The notes under the pieces: model-generated | The model's database searches: none | What the model was told of the DNA's origin: nothing | What the model saw: the letters and a program-made list of their open reading frames with translations, nothing else | Shown: piece by piece, positions 1-10,354 of the stretch | How the letters are laid out: each line of letters opens with the position of its first letter | How positions within the stretch are numbered: position 1 is the stretch's first letter | DNA from: a virus | Virus record (IMG/VR): IMGVR_UViG_3300021142_002226 | Location: 126,178-190,177 of that record | DNA: 64,000 nt | Direction: 5' to 3' (one strand) | Position numbers and translations under genes: made by a program

Positions 1-52
1 TCACCCTAAAAATATCTCAAACCTATCATCAAGAAAACATCCTTTAGGTAAT

Positions 53-1099
53 TTGCCAATCTATTCCGATAATGATAAAAATTCTCATCAAGAAGAATTA
101 CTTGCTTCAGATAGATATAAGTTTTTAATTGACGAATATTGTCGTACACATAATTGTCAAATTAATGAAATAAAACCTATAAATATTATGATGGAAGCCA
201 GTTTAGGTGGTCATCAATTGATGAGTTTAGAACAATCCCACAGAACCGAATTAATCAAAATTGCTGAAGAAATTGTTAGGTCTGAATATAATTTGGATAA
301 ATCTGAATTATTGTTTGACCTTGAAATTTTGGATACACCAACAACTAATTTTCCTGAAGGTATGAATTCTGAAGATAAATTTGATTTTGAATCAGAAAGT
401 GATATACCAGATAATATAAAAGATGAAATTGTAAAAAGAAGAATTGTTAATTCTCTATGTCAGGGTGCCGCAAAAAAAGGTCACTTTATGTTTCATTTAG
501 CTGGTGATAAATTGAATGATTTAATCCCAGGAATAGTAGATAGTTATCAAAAAATAGTACTATCTAACGATATTCTTTATTACATGATGTCAGATGATGA
601 TTTTAATAACTTCATTGAAAACGACCAAACATCATCATATGTTAAATTGAATTTTGATGGTGATATTCCTGTAATAGAAGCAAAAGCGTTTTCTTTTCCT
701 ATACTTGTTCATGAAATGGTTAAAGGTGTAATTGAATTACTCGCAACTCAAGGTTACCCAAAAGATAAAGATATTGCAAAACAAGTTATCGAAACATGTG
801 ACGTTGTACGTGACGAAATGTGGGGTATCAGAATTGGCCCTGAACTATGGGTTAAATTTCATGAATTAATTCATCCATCAGATTATCATATAAAAAAACT
901 AATCATACGTGACGTGTTCAAACTGCCAGCGGATGAGTTTATTAATTTCTTCTATGATGTTTTAAATGACACAAAATCTGCTGAAAAAAAGGTTAAATAT
1001 ATTACATACAATATATTAGAAAAGATCTCAGAATATGAATTAAATAAAGATTCTGACGAGGATTTACCAGAAGTCGACTTCTCGCAATTTGACATTTAG
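53..1099 (+). CDS. Hypothetical protein upstream of terminase
   Basis: 348-aa ORF, co-oriented with the head module; no motif recognised. Confidence 0.7.
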   Translation: MPIYSDNDKNSHQEELLASDRYKFLIDEYCRTHNCQINEIKPINIMMEASLGGHQLMSLEQSHRTELIKIAEEIVRSEYNLDKSELLFDLEILDTPTTNFPEGMNSEDKFDFESESDIPDNIKDEIVKRRIVNSLCQGAAKKGHFMFHLAGDKLNDLIPGIVDSYQKIVLSNDILYYMMSDDDFNNFIENDQTSSYVKLNFDGDIPVIEAKAFSFPILVHEMVKGVIELLATQGYPKDKDIAKQVIETCDVVRDEMWGIRIGPELWVKFHELIHPSDYHIKKLIIRDVFKLPADEFINFFYDVLNDTKSAEKKVKYITYNILEKISEYELNKDSDEDLPEVDFSQFDI

Positions 1100-1138
1100 T
1101 CTTTACATTAACTATTTATCTATATATTATTATAATAT

Positions 1139-2182
1139 ATGGATAAAAAAGAATTATTAATTGAGTATAGTAAATGTGTTGCTGACCCATGTTATGTTAT
1201 TGAAAATTACTATGTAACATTCGATAAAACAAGGGAAAGTTATGTCCCATTCAAATTATTCGAAAGACAAAAAGAGCTCATAAGAAACTATGAAGCTAAC
1301 AGGTATAACATTGTCTTAAAATACAGACAAGCAGGTATTACAACTGTAACTGCTGCTTATGCGGCGGTTAAAGCGGTAATGGCAAACGCTGAAAACCCTG
1401 AAAGAATATTGATTCTTGCTAATAAGCAAGAAACGGCAATAGAGTTTCTTACAAAGATAACCGACTTTATTAAACAATCACCTAATTGGTTGTTGACAAA
1501 TATCGGAACATTTAATAAAGAGGGTAAAATTGATTTTACAAAGGGTGCCTCTAAACACGTTAAGTTTAAAAATGGTTCTGAAATCAAAGCGGTTGCAACA
1601 TCTAAAGATGCCTTGCGTGGTTACACACCAACAATCATGATTCTGGATGAGGGTGCGTTCATTGAGGGTGGTCAAGAATTATGGTCAGCATGTCTGGCCT
1701 CAGTTTCAACAGGTGGTAAAGTATATCTTATCTCAACACCTAATGGTATGGATGAAATATACTACGAAGCTTATGAAGGTTCTGTTGACGGTACAAACAA
1801 ATTCAAAATTACAGCGATCAAATGGTGGGAAGATCCAAGATATAACAAAGGTTTAAAAATGATAAAAACCGATGATATTATAAACTGGATTCAAAAACCT
1901 GAGGCAGAAAAAAATGAAGAGATTCTCACAGACATTATTCCAGCTGAAGTAAATGGTGTCGTTAAGCCTGATTTATATAAACAAATCATGAATTATATAA
2001 CACAAGGTTATCAACCACATTCACAATGGTTTGAGAATATGTGTCGTGATATGAACTTAAATAAACGAATGATCAACCAAGAGTTGAATTGTGTTATAGG
2101 TCAAACAATGGTTACTATTAGGAATAAAAATACTGGTATTATTGAGAATATATTGATTCAAGATTTAAATAGTAGACTCTAA
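1139..2182 (+). CDS. terL: Terminase large subunit (T4 gp17-like), N-terminal ATPase half, ending in a split-intein N-fragment
   Basis: YRQAGITT (Walker A-like), TIMILDEGAFI (Walker B), LISTPNG (motif C); ends QELN|CVIGQTMVTIRNKNTG... Confidence 0.92.
   Translation: MDKKELLIEYSKCVADPCYVIENYYVTFDKTRESYVPFKLFERQKELIRNYEANRYNIVLKYRQAGITTVTAAYAAVKAVMANAENPERILILANKQETAIEFLTKITDFIKQSPNWLLTNIGTFNKEGKIDFTKGASKHVKFKNGSEIKAVATSKDALRGYTPTIMILDEGAFIEGGQELWSACLASVSTGGKVYLISTPNGMDEIYYEAYEGSVDGTNKFKITAIKWWEDPRYNKGLKMIKTDDIINWIQKPEAEKNEEILTDIIPAEVNGVVKPDLYKQIMNYITQGYQPHSQWFENMCRDMNLNKRMINQELNCVIGQTMVTIRNKNTGIIENILIQDLNSRL
2090..2179 (+). mobile_element. Split intein N-fragment (30 aa) of TerL
   Basis: Cys1 at 2090 starts a block-A-like CVIGQTMVTIR; stop codon follows 30 residues later. 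Confidence 0.88.
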
Positions 2183-2212
2183 CTTCTGATTAAATTTAAA
2201 CTATTTATTATT

Positions 2213-3136
2213 ATGGAAATAATTAATAAAACAAAAAAAGGTTGGATAACATCAAAAGCAAAAATAACAAGTGATATTTATGATAAAGATAAAACAATAA
2301 AAATATTAAAAGAAAATGATTTTTATTTATCGTTATTGGGTCGAGCAAAAAACAGAACACTAATAAAAAATGATAGTGTTTTATATAATTCTATATATGA
2401 GTATACCAAATCTCTGAATGATTTAAATAAAAATAATAATAAATTTTCTATCAGAATTTTATTTTTAGTGAAAGATAGTGGTGATATAGAAAGAATAAAA
2501 TGTAAAAAATGTTTAAATAATTTAACATCATTTAATTATGAAAAAGGTTATTTTAATGAATACTGTTTAAATTGTTTTAATACAAAAAAAATTAAATACC
2601 CAAATATTGACTGGTTTAAAACTAAGTACTCATCTAATTGGGAATATTTCTATAAATTGGATCGTGAGAGAATTAAAAATAAAAAAGTTGGCAGTAAAGA
2701 TTGGTATATTAAAAAATATGGCGAGTTAAATGGTACATTAAAATATGATAATGTTAAAGAAAACAGAATTAATAATCTAACTAATTTAATTGGTGTAAAA
2801 TATTCTAAAATTTCACAAGAAATATTTTGGTTAATTTATAAAGAATTAACAGATGATGAAAAAAATAAATGTTATTTTAAAGAACTAAATCATGAATATT
2901 TCTTAAAAAACGGTAATTCTTGTTTTTTTATTGATTTTAAATGTGGTGATTTTGTCATAGAATATGATGGTGAATATTGGCATAAAAATAGAAAAGAATT
3001 GGATGAATTACGAAATGTGTTTTATAAAAAAAATAAATTAAATCTTTTAATACTTAACGAAAAAGATTATAATAGAACAAACAAAAACGAAGACACAATC
3101 GAAAAATGTTTGGCGTTTATTAGAAATGAATATTAA
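2213..3136 (+). CDS. Free-standing homing endonuclease (Vsr-like/PD-(D/E)XK C-terminal domain) between the terL halves
   Basis: C-terminal FFIDFKCGDFVIEYDGEYWH...D...LLILNEKDY; Cys-pair region CKKC...CLNC; position between intein fragments. Confidence 0.8.
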   Translation: MEIINKTKKGWITSKAKITSDIYDKDKTIKILKENDFYLSLLGRAKNRTLIKNDSVLYNSIYEYTKSLNDLNKNNNKFSIRILFLVKDSGDIERIKCKKCLNNLTSFNYEKGYFNEYCLNCFNTKKIKYPNIDWFKTKYSSNWEYFYKLDRERIKNKKVGSKDWYIKKYGELNGTLKYDNVKENRINNLTNLIGVKYSKISQEIFWLIYKELTDDEKNKCYFKELNHEYFLKNGNSCFFIDFKCGDFVIEYDGEYWHKNRKELDELRNVFYKKNKLNLLILNEKDYNRTNKNEDTIEKCLAFIRNEY

Positions 3137-3452
3137 ATTAAATACTGAATATGAAGTCTTAACACCAAATGGTTTTAAAGATTTTTATGCAATAAAACAA
3201 ATAAAAAAAACCTATTTGAAAATATCATTTAATAACGGTGAAGAAATAGGTATAACACCCAATCACATTTTTGTTATTAACAATGTTGAAATTTTAGCTA
3301 AAGATATTAAAATTGGTGATAAATTACAAGGTATTCATGATGAATTAATAGTAATCTCAATTACACCTGTTGATGAATTTACAGATGTTTATGATTTAAT
3401 AGAAGTGGATGGTGGTAATATATATTATACTAATAATATATTATCTCATAAT
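3126..3452 (+). mobile_element. Split intein C-fragment (109 aa) of TerL
   Basis: Ends His-Asn (cat aat, 3447-3452) followed by Cys+1; splicing would give QELN-CAFIGSG. Confidence 0.88.
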
Positions 3453-4358
3453 TGTGCTTTTATTGGTTCTGGTGATAACGTAATTGATGCGGCAATACTT
3501 GAAAAACAATTACAAATAAATGTACAAGACCCAATAATTAAAGATTCAAGATGGGATAGTACATTATGGATATGGAAATATCCTGAGGAAGGTCACAGAT
3601 ACATTGGTGCCCTTGACGTATCCAGAGGAGATTCCGAGGACGCTACTGGATATAGTATTATCGATTTTGATACTTTTGAACAAGTTCTTGAATACCATGG
3701 TAAGGTTCCACCTGACGTTGCTGCGATAATTGTTGAGCAATATAGTAAAATGTATAATGCATTAACCACTTTCGATATAACTGGTGGTATGGGTATAGCC
3801 GCAATCAATAAGCTGAAGGAAATGAATTTTCCATCTAAACTTTATCATTACGATGATGATAACGATTTAACATTATTTTATGGTGCGGACTCAGACAAAA
3901 CACCTGGAATCAACTTTGCTTCAAAAAATAGACGTGTACAAATAGTACAGGCTCTCGAAGAAGCTGTATGTCGTGGTGGGTTTAAAATTAGAAGTGTTAG
4001 ATTAATAAACGAATTGAAAAAATTTGTATTCAAGAACGGTAAACCTGATCATATGAAAGGTTCACATGATGACCTTATCATGGCCTTGGGTATGTGTTTG
4101 TTTGTCGCAAATACCTCTTTCAAAAGATTATCTGAAAATACTTCTACAACAAAAGCTATGTTAGATAGTTGGAAAGTTCAAACTAATAGCATCCAATCAA
4201 CAGCCGCAAATATGATAAATGATATTAATACGTTAGTCAGTAACGATAAAATTTATGATAATCAGGGTATTTATAGTAATAAAGAAGAAATATTACAAAA
4301 TACTCGTGACTTTTCTTGGTTATTTGGTAATATTAATAAATATAACCCTCAAAATTAA
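3126..4358 (+). CDS. terL: Split-intein C-fragment fused to the terminase large subunit C-terminal nuclease half
   Basis: VLTPNGF, ITPNHIF (block B), VYDL...ILSHN|C (blocks F/G); then nuclease motifs YIGALDVSRG and HDDLIMA. Confidence 0.92.
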   Translation: MNIKLNTEYEVLTPNGFKDFYAIKQIKKTYLKISFNNGEEIGITPNHIFVINNVEILAKDIKIGDKLQGIHDELIVISITPVDEFTDVYDLIEVDGGNIYYTNNILSHNCAFIGSGDNVIDAAILEKQLQINVQDPIIKDSRWDSTLWIWKYPEEGHRYIGALDVSRGDSEDATGYSIIDFDTFEQVLEYHGKVPPDVAAIIVEQYSKMYNALTTFDITGGMGIAAINKLKEMNFPSKLYHYDDDNDLTLFYGADSDKTPGINFASKNRRVQIVQALEEAVCRGGFKIRSVRLINELKKFVFKNGKPDHMKGSHDDLIMALGMCLFVANTSFKRLSENTSTTKAMLDSWKVQTNSIQSTAANMINDINTLVSNDKIYDNQGIYSNKEEILQNTRDFSWLFGNINKYNPQN

Positions 4359-4363
4359 AAACT

Positions 4364-4585
4364 ATGAGTAGACAGTTATTTTCAAGGTTTAACACAGCAG
4401 GTGCTGTAAGACAAAGCGTTAATAGTGCAACAAAAAGTGAAGCTACAAACGTAAATAAAAAGGCTACTTTGGTTTGTTCTAATTATGATGACCCATTTGT
4501 AAATTATGCATATGACGCACAATGGAATATTAAATTACAACGCCAAGTACATAACCCAGTATTCGAATGTGGATACGTTGAATAA
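4364..4585 (+). CDS. Hypothetical protein
   Basis: 73-aa ORF tightly packed between terL and portal. Confidence 0.55.
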   Translation: MSRQLFSRFNTAGAVRQSVNSATKSEATNVNKKATLVCSNYDDPFVNYAYDAQWNIKLQRQVHNPVFECGYVE

Positions 4586-4594
4586 TCTAAACAT

Positions 4595-7402
4595 ATGGCA
4601 AATTTTACAGTATTTCAAAAATTAAATAAAGTTTTAGGTAATGAATTAGAATCACCTAAATATACCATTGACCCAAATTCATTCAAGAATCTTGACGATC
4701 AGGAACTCGAAATGAAACGACTTGAGGCACAGCAGGTCATCTATTTACAGAATCAGTGGAAAAAAATTGATAACGAATTATATCAAAAAGCTGTTTATTA
4801 CGAACCAACCAGAATCGCATCATATTATGATTACGAAGCAATGGAGTTTTGTTTGGCTGGAGAGACTAAAATAGCAACACCAAGCGGATTCATAACCATA
4901 GAAGAGTTAGCTAAAAAGGGTAGGGAGAATGAATTTATTGTTTATTCCTATGACCATAATACTAAAAAAGTTGTACCAGCATGGGCTAAAAACGCACACC
5001 ATACAAGAGATGAAGTGACATATAAGGTTATTTTTGACGATGATTCTTATATTATTGGTACTTTTGACCATAAATTAATGAAAAGAGATGGTAGTTTTTC
5101 AAAAATTTCAGAATTAAAAGAAGGGGATTCTATGATGCCTTTCTATAGAAAATCTTTTTATAATAACCAAAAATATAATTGGGTTTATACTTGTAATTCA
5201 TTAGAAGGTTATAATGGTTGGGTATCTGAACACAATTTAATTGCTGAGTGGTTCTATGAGACTAAAATTAATGAAGATGAAGAGGTTCACCATATAGATT
5301 TTAATGGTAAAAACAATTCCCCTGAAAATTTATCTATTATGAAAATATCTGAGCATAGAGCATACCATGCGAGATTAAATAATAGTAAGCTTTGGGTAAA
5401 TGAGGAATATAGAGCAAAAATGCTTGAAATAAGTAAAAGAACAGATAATAAACACAAATGGAATGGTGCAAGAAGTGGTAAGAATAATCCAGCTTATTTT
5501 AAAATACCTTTTGATTTAATTATTGAAACAGCAAAAAAAATTAAAACACTTAAAGGTACGGCGAAAGAGTTAAATATTTCTCACACAAAATTACAAAGAG
5601 AAATAATGATGGCTGGATATAAAGACTGGAAAACATTTTGTCATGCATATAGTATAGAGTTATCTAAATACTCAACAGCAACCGTTAAAGGTGAACAATA
5701 TGTTCTGAATCATAAAATTAAATCTATTGAACCATATAAAGTTATACCAGTATATGATTTGACAGTACCAGGGTATAAAAATTTTGCAACAGATACAATA
5801 TTTTCACATAATACTCCAGAAATTGCTGCTGCGCTTGATATATTTTCTGAGGAGGCAACAACACCTAATGAAAGTGGTAAAATTCTAACAGTATATTCGG
5901 AAAGTAATCGTATCAAAGACGAATTAACAGACCTTTTTGATAATGTAATCGATATCAATTCAGTTATCACCAGCTGGGCAAGAAACCTATGCAAATATGG
6001 TGATAATTTTTTATATAACAAGGTTATTCCAGGTAAAGGTATTGTGGGTGTAACACAATTACCAAACATCGAAATCACAAGAGCTGAACCAGGTTTCTCA
6101 AAAGTTATGAGTATGGATGATTTCCAAAAAGAAAAGAATGTTAAATTCTTTTGGAAGGAAAAACAACTTGATTTCAACTCATTTGAGATATCTCACTTCA
6201 GACTCATGGGTGATGATAGACGTTTACCTTATGGTACAAGTATGCTCGAAAAAGTTAGAAGAATTTGGAAACAATTACTTTTAGCCGAAGACGCTATGCT
6301 TGTTTATCGTGTTACCAGAGCCCCAGAAAGACGTGTTTACAAAGTTTATGTAGGTAATATGGATGAAAAAGACATCGATGCTTACGTAGATAAAGTCGCT
6401 AATAACTTCAAAAGATCAAATTTGGTAAACTCATCAAACGGACAACAAGATACCAGATATAATGCTATGGCCGTGGATCAAGACTTTTTTATCCCAACCA
6501 GAGACCCTCAATTACCAATGCCAATTGAAACATTACCAGGAGCTCAAAATCTTGGGGAAATAGCTGATATTCAATACATTCAAAATAAAATGTTGGCTGC
6601 TCTAAGAATCCCTAAAACGTTCTTAGGTTTTGATCAAGCTGTTGGTGACGGTAAAAACCTATCCATTCTTGATATACGTTTTGCAAGAGCTGTTTATAGA
6701 TTACAAAGATCTATAATACAAGAGTTAAATAAAATGGCAATCATCCACCTTTATGTTAAAGGTTATGAGGATGATTTACATAATTTTACTCTATCTTTAT
6801 CTAATCCTTCCACCCAAGCAGACATGCTTAAAATCACTAACTGGCAAGCTAAAATACAACTTTACAAAGACGCTGTTACAGATCTTGGTAATGGTTTTGG
6901 GCCTGTATCACAAACTTGGGCTAAGAAAGAAATTCTTGGATTCAGTGATGATGAAATTAAAATTGATGTTCAAAGACAAGTTGTGGAAAAAGCAGCCTCT
7001 GAAGAACTTAAAATGTTGGGTGAAACAATCAAACAAACAGGTATGTTTAGAGATTTGTATAAATTATACAAGATTGATCCTAACAATATGGGACAAGCGC
7101 CTGCTGAAAACCAACAACAAGAAACTCCTCCAGGCGGCGGAACAGGTGGTGGTGTAGCTCAAGATTTCACAGCACCACTCGAAGGTGGAACAACCCCTGA
7201 AATTGGTGGAACGGAAACAACACCAGAAGCTGGTGCTGCACCAGAGGCTGGCACGGCTGAAACCCCAATGCCAGGTACGCCAGGTGAAGAAACACAATTA
7301 CAAGAAAATATGGTAAAAAGGATGTTATTGAATAGAAGACAGTCAATAAGTGAAAATATTTCCAAAACTTTGGATGATATTGACAAAATGTTAAACGAAT
7401 AA
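4595..7402 (+). CDS. Portal protein (T4 gp20-like) containing an intein
   Basis: PEIAAALDIFSEE, LCKYGDNF, EDAMLVYRVTRAPERRVYKV, AALRIPKTFLG motifs typical of gp20-like portals; Pro/Gly/Glu-rich C-terminal tail. Confidence 0.92.
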   Translation: MANFTVFQKLNKVLGNELESPKYTIDPNSFKNLDDQELEMKRLEAQQVIYLQNQWKKIDNELYQKAVYYEPTRIASYYDYEAMEFCLAGETKIATPSGFITIEELAKKGRENEFIVYSYDHNTKKVVPAWAKNAHHTRDEVTYKVIFDDDSYIIGTFDHKLMKRDGSFSKISELKEGDSMMPFYRKSFYNNQKYNWVYTCNSLEGYNGWVSEHNLIAEWFYETKINEDEEVHHIDFNGKNNSPENLSIMKISEHRAYHARLNNSKLWVNEEYRAKMLEISKRTDNKHKWNGARSGKNNPAYFKIPFDLIIETAKKIKTLKGTAKELNISHTKLQREIMMAGYKDWKTFCHAYSIELSKYSTATVKGEQYVLNHKIKSIEPYKVIPVYDLTVPGYKNFATDTIFSHNTPEIAAALDIFSEEATTPNESGKILTVYSESNRIKDELTDLFDNVIDINSVITSWARNLCKYGDNFLYNKVIPGKGIVGVTQLPNIEITRAEPGFSKVMSMDDFQKEKNVKFFWKEKQLDFNSFEISHFRLMGDDRRLPYGTSMLEKVRRIWKQLLLAEDAMLVYRVTRAPERRVYKVYVGNMDEKDIDAYVDKVANNFKRSNLVNSSNGQQDTRYNAMAVDQDFFIPTRDPQLPMPIETLPGAQNLGEIADIQYIQNKMLAALRIPKTFLGFDQAVGDGKNLSILDIRFARAVYRLQRSIIQELNKMAIIHLYVKGYEDDLHNFTLSLSNPSTQADMLKITNWQAKIQLYKDAVTDLGNGFGPVSQTWAKKEILGFSDDEIKIDVQRQVVEKAASEELKMLGETIKQTGMFRDLYKLYKIDPNNMGQAPAENQQQETPPGGGTGGGVAQDFTAPLEGGTTPEIGGTETTPEAGAAPEAGTAETPMPGTPGEETQLQENMVKRMLLNRRQSISENISKTLDDIDKMLNE
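4850..5812 (+). mobile_element. Contiguous intein (321 aa) with HNH endonuclease in the portal
   Basis: MEF|CLAGETKIATP...GTFDHKLM...VHHIDFNGKNNSPENL...EH...VYDLTVPGYKNF...FSHN|TPE. Confidence 0.92.
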
Positions 7403-7446
7403 AACCTTTTACCAAAAAAACAAATATTTATTTAAAACAATCAAAT

Positions 7447-8157
7447 ATGTTCGGTCTACTTAAAGAAAATATTATCAATAATTTAGAAAAAGTCTATCTT
7501 GAGAAAGGAGAAAAAGACTTCAAAAAAGGATTCAATGCGTTTATGAAAACAATTAAAGAATCTAAAGATCTAAAACAAATATATAACATATATTCTTTAT
7601 ATGAGAATATTCATTTTGATAATGAGGTTATTGCAAGAGAATTTGTAAATGAATCAATTAATCAGTTAAAATCATATGACAAGTCTAAATTAAATGACTT
7701 AAAGACTTTGACTGAAACATATGAAAATTTACCTAAAAACTCAAGATATTTTTACTTAGATGAATTGGCCTTCAACGATAAATTATCTTTAAAGAACAAA
7801 GTTGAATATAAAGTGGCGTTAATTAACTCATTAGTTAATGAAACCAAAAACAATGAAAATTTGATCAATCTTATCAATAATGCTGATAAAATTAATGAAA
7901 ATTTAAATACCTTAAGTGAAGCCCAAGTCGAAGCTATAAGTATTTTAGCTGAAAATGATAAAACTAAAGTTAATGAATATTATACCAATTTGATTAACGA
8001 AACACAAGAACTTTTGGATAACAAAATCATTGAATCTAAGAAAGAAACTGAAGCTGTAGTTAAATTGGTGGAGGCTAAGAAAAAACTTAAAGCTATTTCC
8101 AAGGAAGCTAACGTAAATAATATTGAATTAATTTTAGATTTAAAGTCAATCCTATAA
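7447..8157 (+). CDS. Hypothetical helical protein, possibly head-associated
   Basis: 236 aa directly after portal; many (I/L)xE motifs. Confidence 0.6.
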   Translation: MFGLLKENIINNLEKVYLEKGEKDFKKGFNAFMKTIKESKDLKQIYNIYSLYENIHFDNEVIAREFVNESINQLKSYDKSKLNDLKTLTETYENLPKNSRYFYLDELAFNDKLSLKNKVEYKVALINSLVNETKNNENLINLINNADKINENLNTLSEAQVEAISILAENDKTKVNEYYTNLINETQELLDNKIIESKKETEAVVKLVEAKKKLKAISKEANVNNIELILDLKSIL

Positions 8158-8236
8158 GAAAAAATTTGGTTTTATCATTTTATTTTATTACTTTTATTTT
8201 AAATAATAAAAATTTAAATAAAATGATTAAAATCAA

Positions 8237-8674
8237 ATGTTTTGCAAATTCGGCAAAGAAAGAAAGTTATTTACTAACACAAATTTCAGAGTTAAATATG
8301 GGACTATAGATGCCCTTAAACTCAATTCAATATACATAGATATTGAATCCTGGGTTCAGCCAAAAGAACCCTTAAGCTACGAATCTTATATTCGTTTAAT
8401 GCGAAGACAAGTTATTCTTTCGCTCAATAATGAACTTGATTCAAATTTTTTCAATCAAAACTTTATTGTTGATCTTGATTTAAGAGCATCAGGAATGGAT
8501 CCAAAAAGGAAATCATTCATGTTGCTCGAAGTTACTTTATACCCCAAAATCAAACCTAAATTCACATCAAAAGAACTTAATCAAAAGGTTGAAGAAGTAA
8601 CAAATGTTATAATCAATACACTACAAAAAAATAAATTCAATTTTAACTCCAAAAAAAATGAACGTAATAAATAG
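8237..8674 (+). CDS. Hypothetical protein
   Basis: 145-aa ORF in head module. Confidence 0.6.
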   Translation: MFCKFGKERKLFTNTNFRVKYGTIDALKLNSIYIDIESWVQPKEPLSYESYIRLMRRQVILSLNNELDSNFFNQNFIVDLDLRASGMDPKRKSFMLLEVTLYPKIKPKFTSKELNQKVEEVTNVIINTLQKNKFNFNSKKNERNK

Positions 8675-9599
8675 CGATTATATGGACATTGATCTAAATG
8701 AAAATCTCATTAATGAAATCATAATTGAAAATCATTCAGATCTATCTAAGATTGGCGAAAACATGGAAACCTGGTTTTCTATTAATAATAAAGATTATTT
8801 CTTCAATTATAGAAGTATACCTAAATTACCATCTGGCCTATATTCTATCGTATTTACTGAAGCAAATGGTTTTGGATTATCTAAAATGGAATATAAATCT
8901 GAAGATTATTTTGTATTACCCTCGTTACCCCACGAAGAAATTATCTCAGATATCAAGAAATTTTGGGATAGTAAAAAGAACTATGAAAAATACAATCTTA
9001 CTACTAAGAGAGGAATAATTTTGCATGGTGATCCAGGTGGTGGTAAAACATCCCTGATTTATCTTTTGATTGAAGAAATGAAGAAATATGATGGTATTTC
9101 CATATATTTTGATTCACCAAAAACCTGGATTGAGATAGCTAAACTTATTCGTAAAATTGAACCAGACAGACCAATATTGTGCATTATTGAGGATATTGAC
9201 GGTGTAATTGAAAATAATGGTGAAGAAATATTTTTAAATTTCCTTGATGGTCTAAACTCCGTATCAAATATTGTTTATGTTGCAACAACCAATAATTTAA
9301 GGGAAATACCAGATAGGATAAAGAATAGACCATCACGTTTCGATAAAAAATATGAAGTAAAAAAACCAACAGATGAAGATAGGTTAATATATTTCACCAG
9401 AATGGTTTGTGAAGAAGATAAGGATATCTATGACCTTAAAAAACTTGCAAAGGACACGAAAGACTTGAGCATGGCTCATCTTAAAGAATTATTCATATCA
9501 TTATACATATTCAAGAATGATTATGCAAAGAGTCTACAAGATATAAAAAAGGGTAATATAATAGAAAAATCTATTGGGTTTGGCAGAAATGATGACTGA
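8658..9599 (+). CDS. AAA+ ATPase (single domain)
   Basis: GDPGGGKT, ILCIIEDID, ATTNN...RPSRFD (second region of homology). Confidence 0.88.
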   Translation: MNVINSDYMDIDLNENLINEIIIENHSDLSKIGENMETWFSINNKDYFFNYRSIPKLPSGLYSIVFTEANGFGLSKMEYKSEDYFVLPSLPHEEIISDIKKFWDSKKNYEKYNLTTKRGIILHGDPGGGKTSLIYLLIEEMKKYDGISIYFDSPKTWIEIAKLIRKIEPDRPILCIIEDIDGVIENNGEEIFLNFLDGLNSVSNIVYVATTNNLREIPDRIKNRPSRFDKKYEVKKPTDEDRLIYFTRMVCEEDKDIYDLKKLAKDTKDLSMAHLKELFISLYIFKNDYAKSLQDIKKGNIIEKSIGFGRNDD

Positions 9600-9652
9600 A
9601 ACCATCTTTTAATACAATCTTAAATATTTATAATTGAAATATTATATTTATT

Positions 9653-10354
9653 ATGGCTATAAAACTATTAAAAGAGGGTGAAGAAGGATTTATATATACA
9701 TTAACAGACCCAAATACCAACTTGGTTAGATATGTTGGTAAAGCCAAATCTATAGAGAACAGGTTCAAAGAACATATAAAAAAAGCAAAACTGGGAAAAA
9801 CACATAAAAATAATTGGATTAATTCACTTTTAAAAAATAACCAATTACCAATTATAGAAATAATTGATTCTGTAAGTACCGTTGATATTAATTTTTATGA
9901 AATATATTGGATTAATCAATTTAAATCATGGGGGTTCAATTTAACAAATGAAGCTAAAGGTGGTTCTGGTGGGAATTTGGGTGATATGGTTAATAAAAAA
10001 ATTTCAAATAAATTGAAAAATAGAACTTTTAGTCCTGAAACAATAGAAAAAATGAGGCTTGCACGAATAGGAAAAAAAGCATCAACTAAAACAAAAGAAT
10101 TGCTTTCTAAACAAAGATTGGGTAATAAAAATCCAATGTATGGAAAAAAAAGATGCATAATATCCAATTATAAAAAGATAATACAATTGGATATAAATAA
10201 TAAATTTATTAAAGAGTGGGCATCAATAAAAGATGCTTCAGAAAATTTAAAAATAAGTAGACAACTTATTGGCGATGTTCTTCATAATAGAAAATGGAAG
10301 AAAACTGCTGGTGGTTTCAAGTGGGCTTTTAAAAATATAAATAATGAAATATAG
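9653..10354 (+). CDS. GIY-YIG homing endonuclease with NUMOD3- and NUMOD1-like DNA-binding modules
   Basis: FIYTLTDP...RYVGKA...RFKEH, EIYWI...NL; FSPETIEKMR..., GNKNPMYGK; KKIIQLD...KEWASIKDA...TAGGFKW. Confidence 0.88.
   Translation: MAIKLLKEGEEGFIYTLTDPNTNLVRYVGKAKSIENRFKEHIKKAKLGKTHKNNWINSLLKNNQLPIIEIIDSVSTVDINFYEIYWINQFKSWGFNLTNEAKGGSGGNLGDMVNKKISNKLKNRTFSPETIEKMRLARIGKKASTKTKELLSKQRLGNKNPMYGKKRCIISNYKKIIQLDINNKFIKEWASIKDASENLKISRQLIGDVLHNRKWKKTAGGFKWAFKNINNEI

Noticed and set aside
1139-4358. Group I intron or sequencing frameshift explaining the split terL and clpC
   Set aside because: Both breaks are flanked by intein block A and blocks B/F/G with intact endonuclease ORFs between them; no intron core was recognised.
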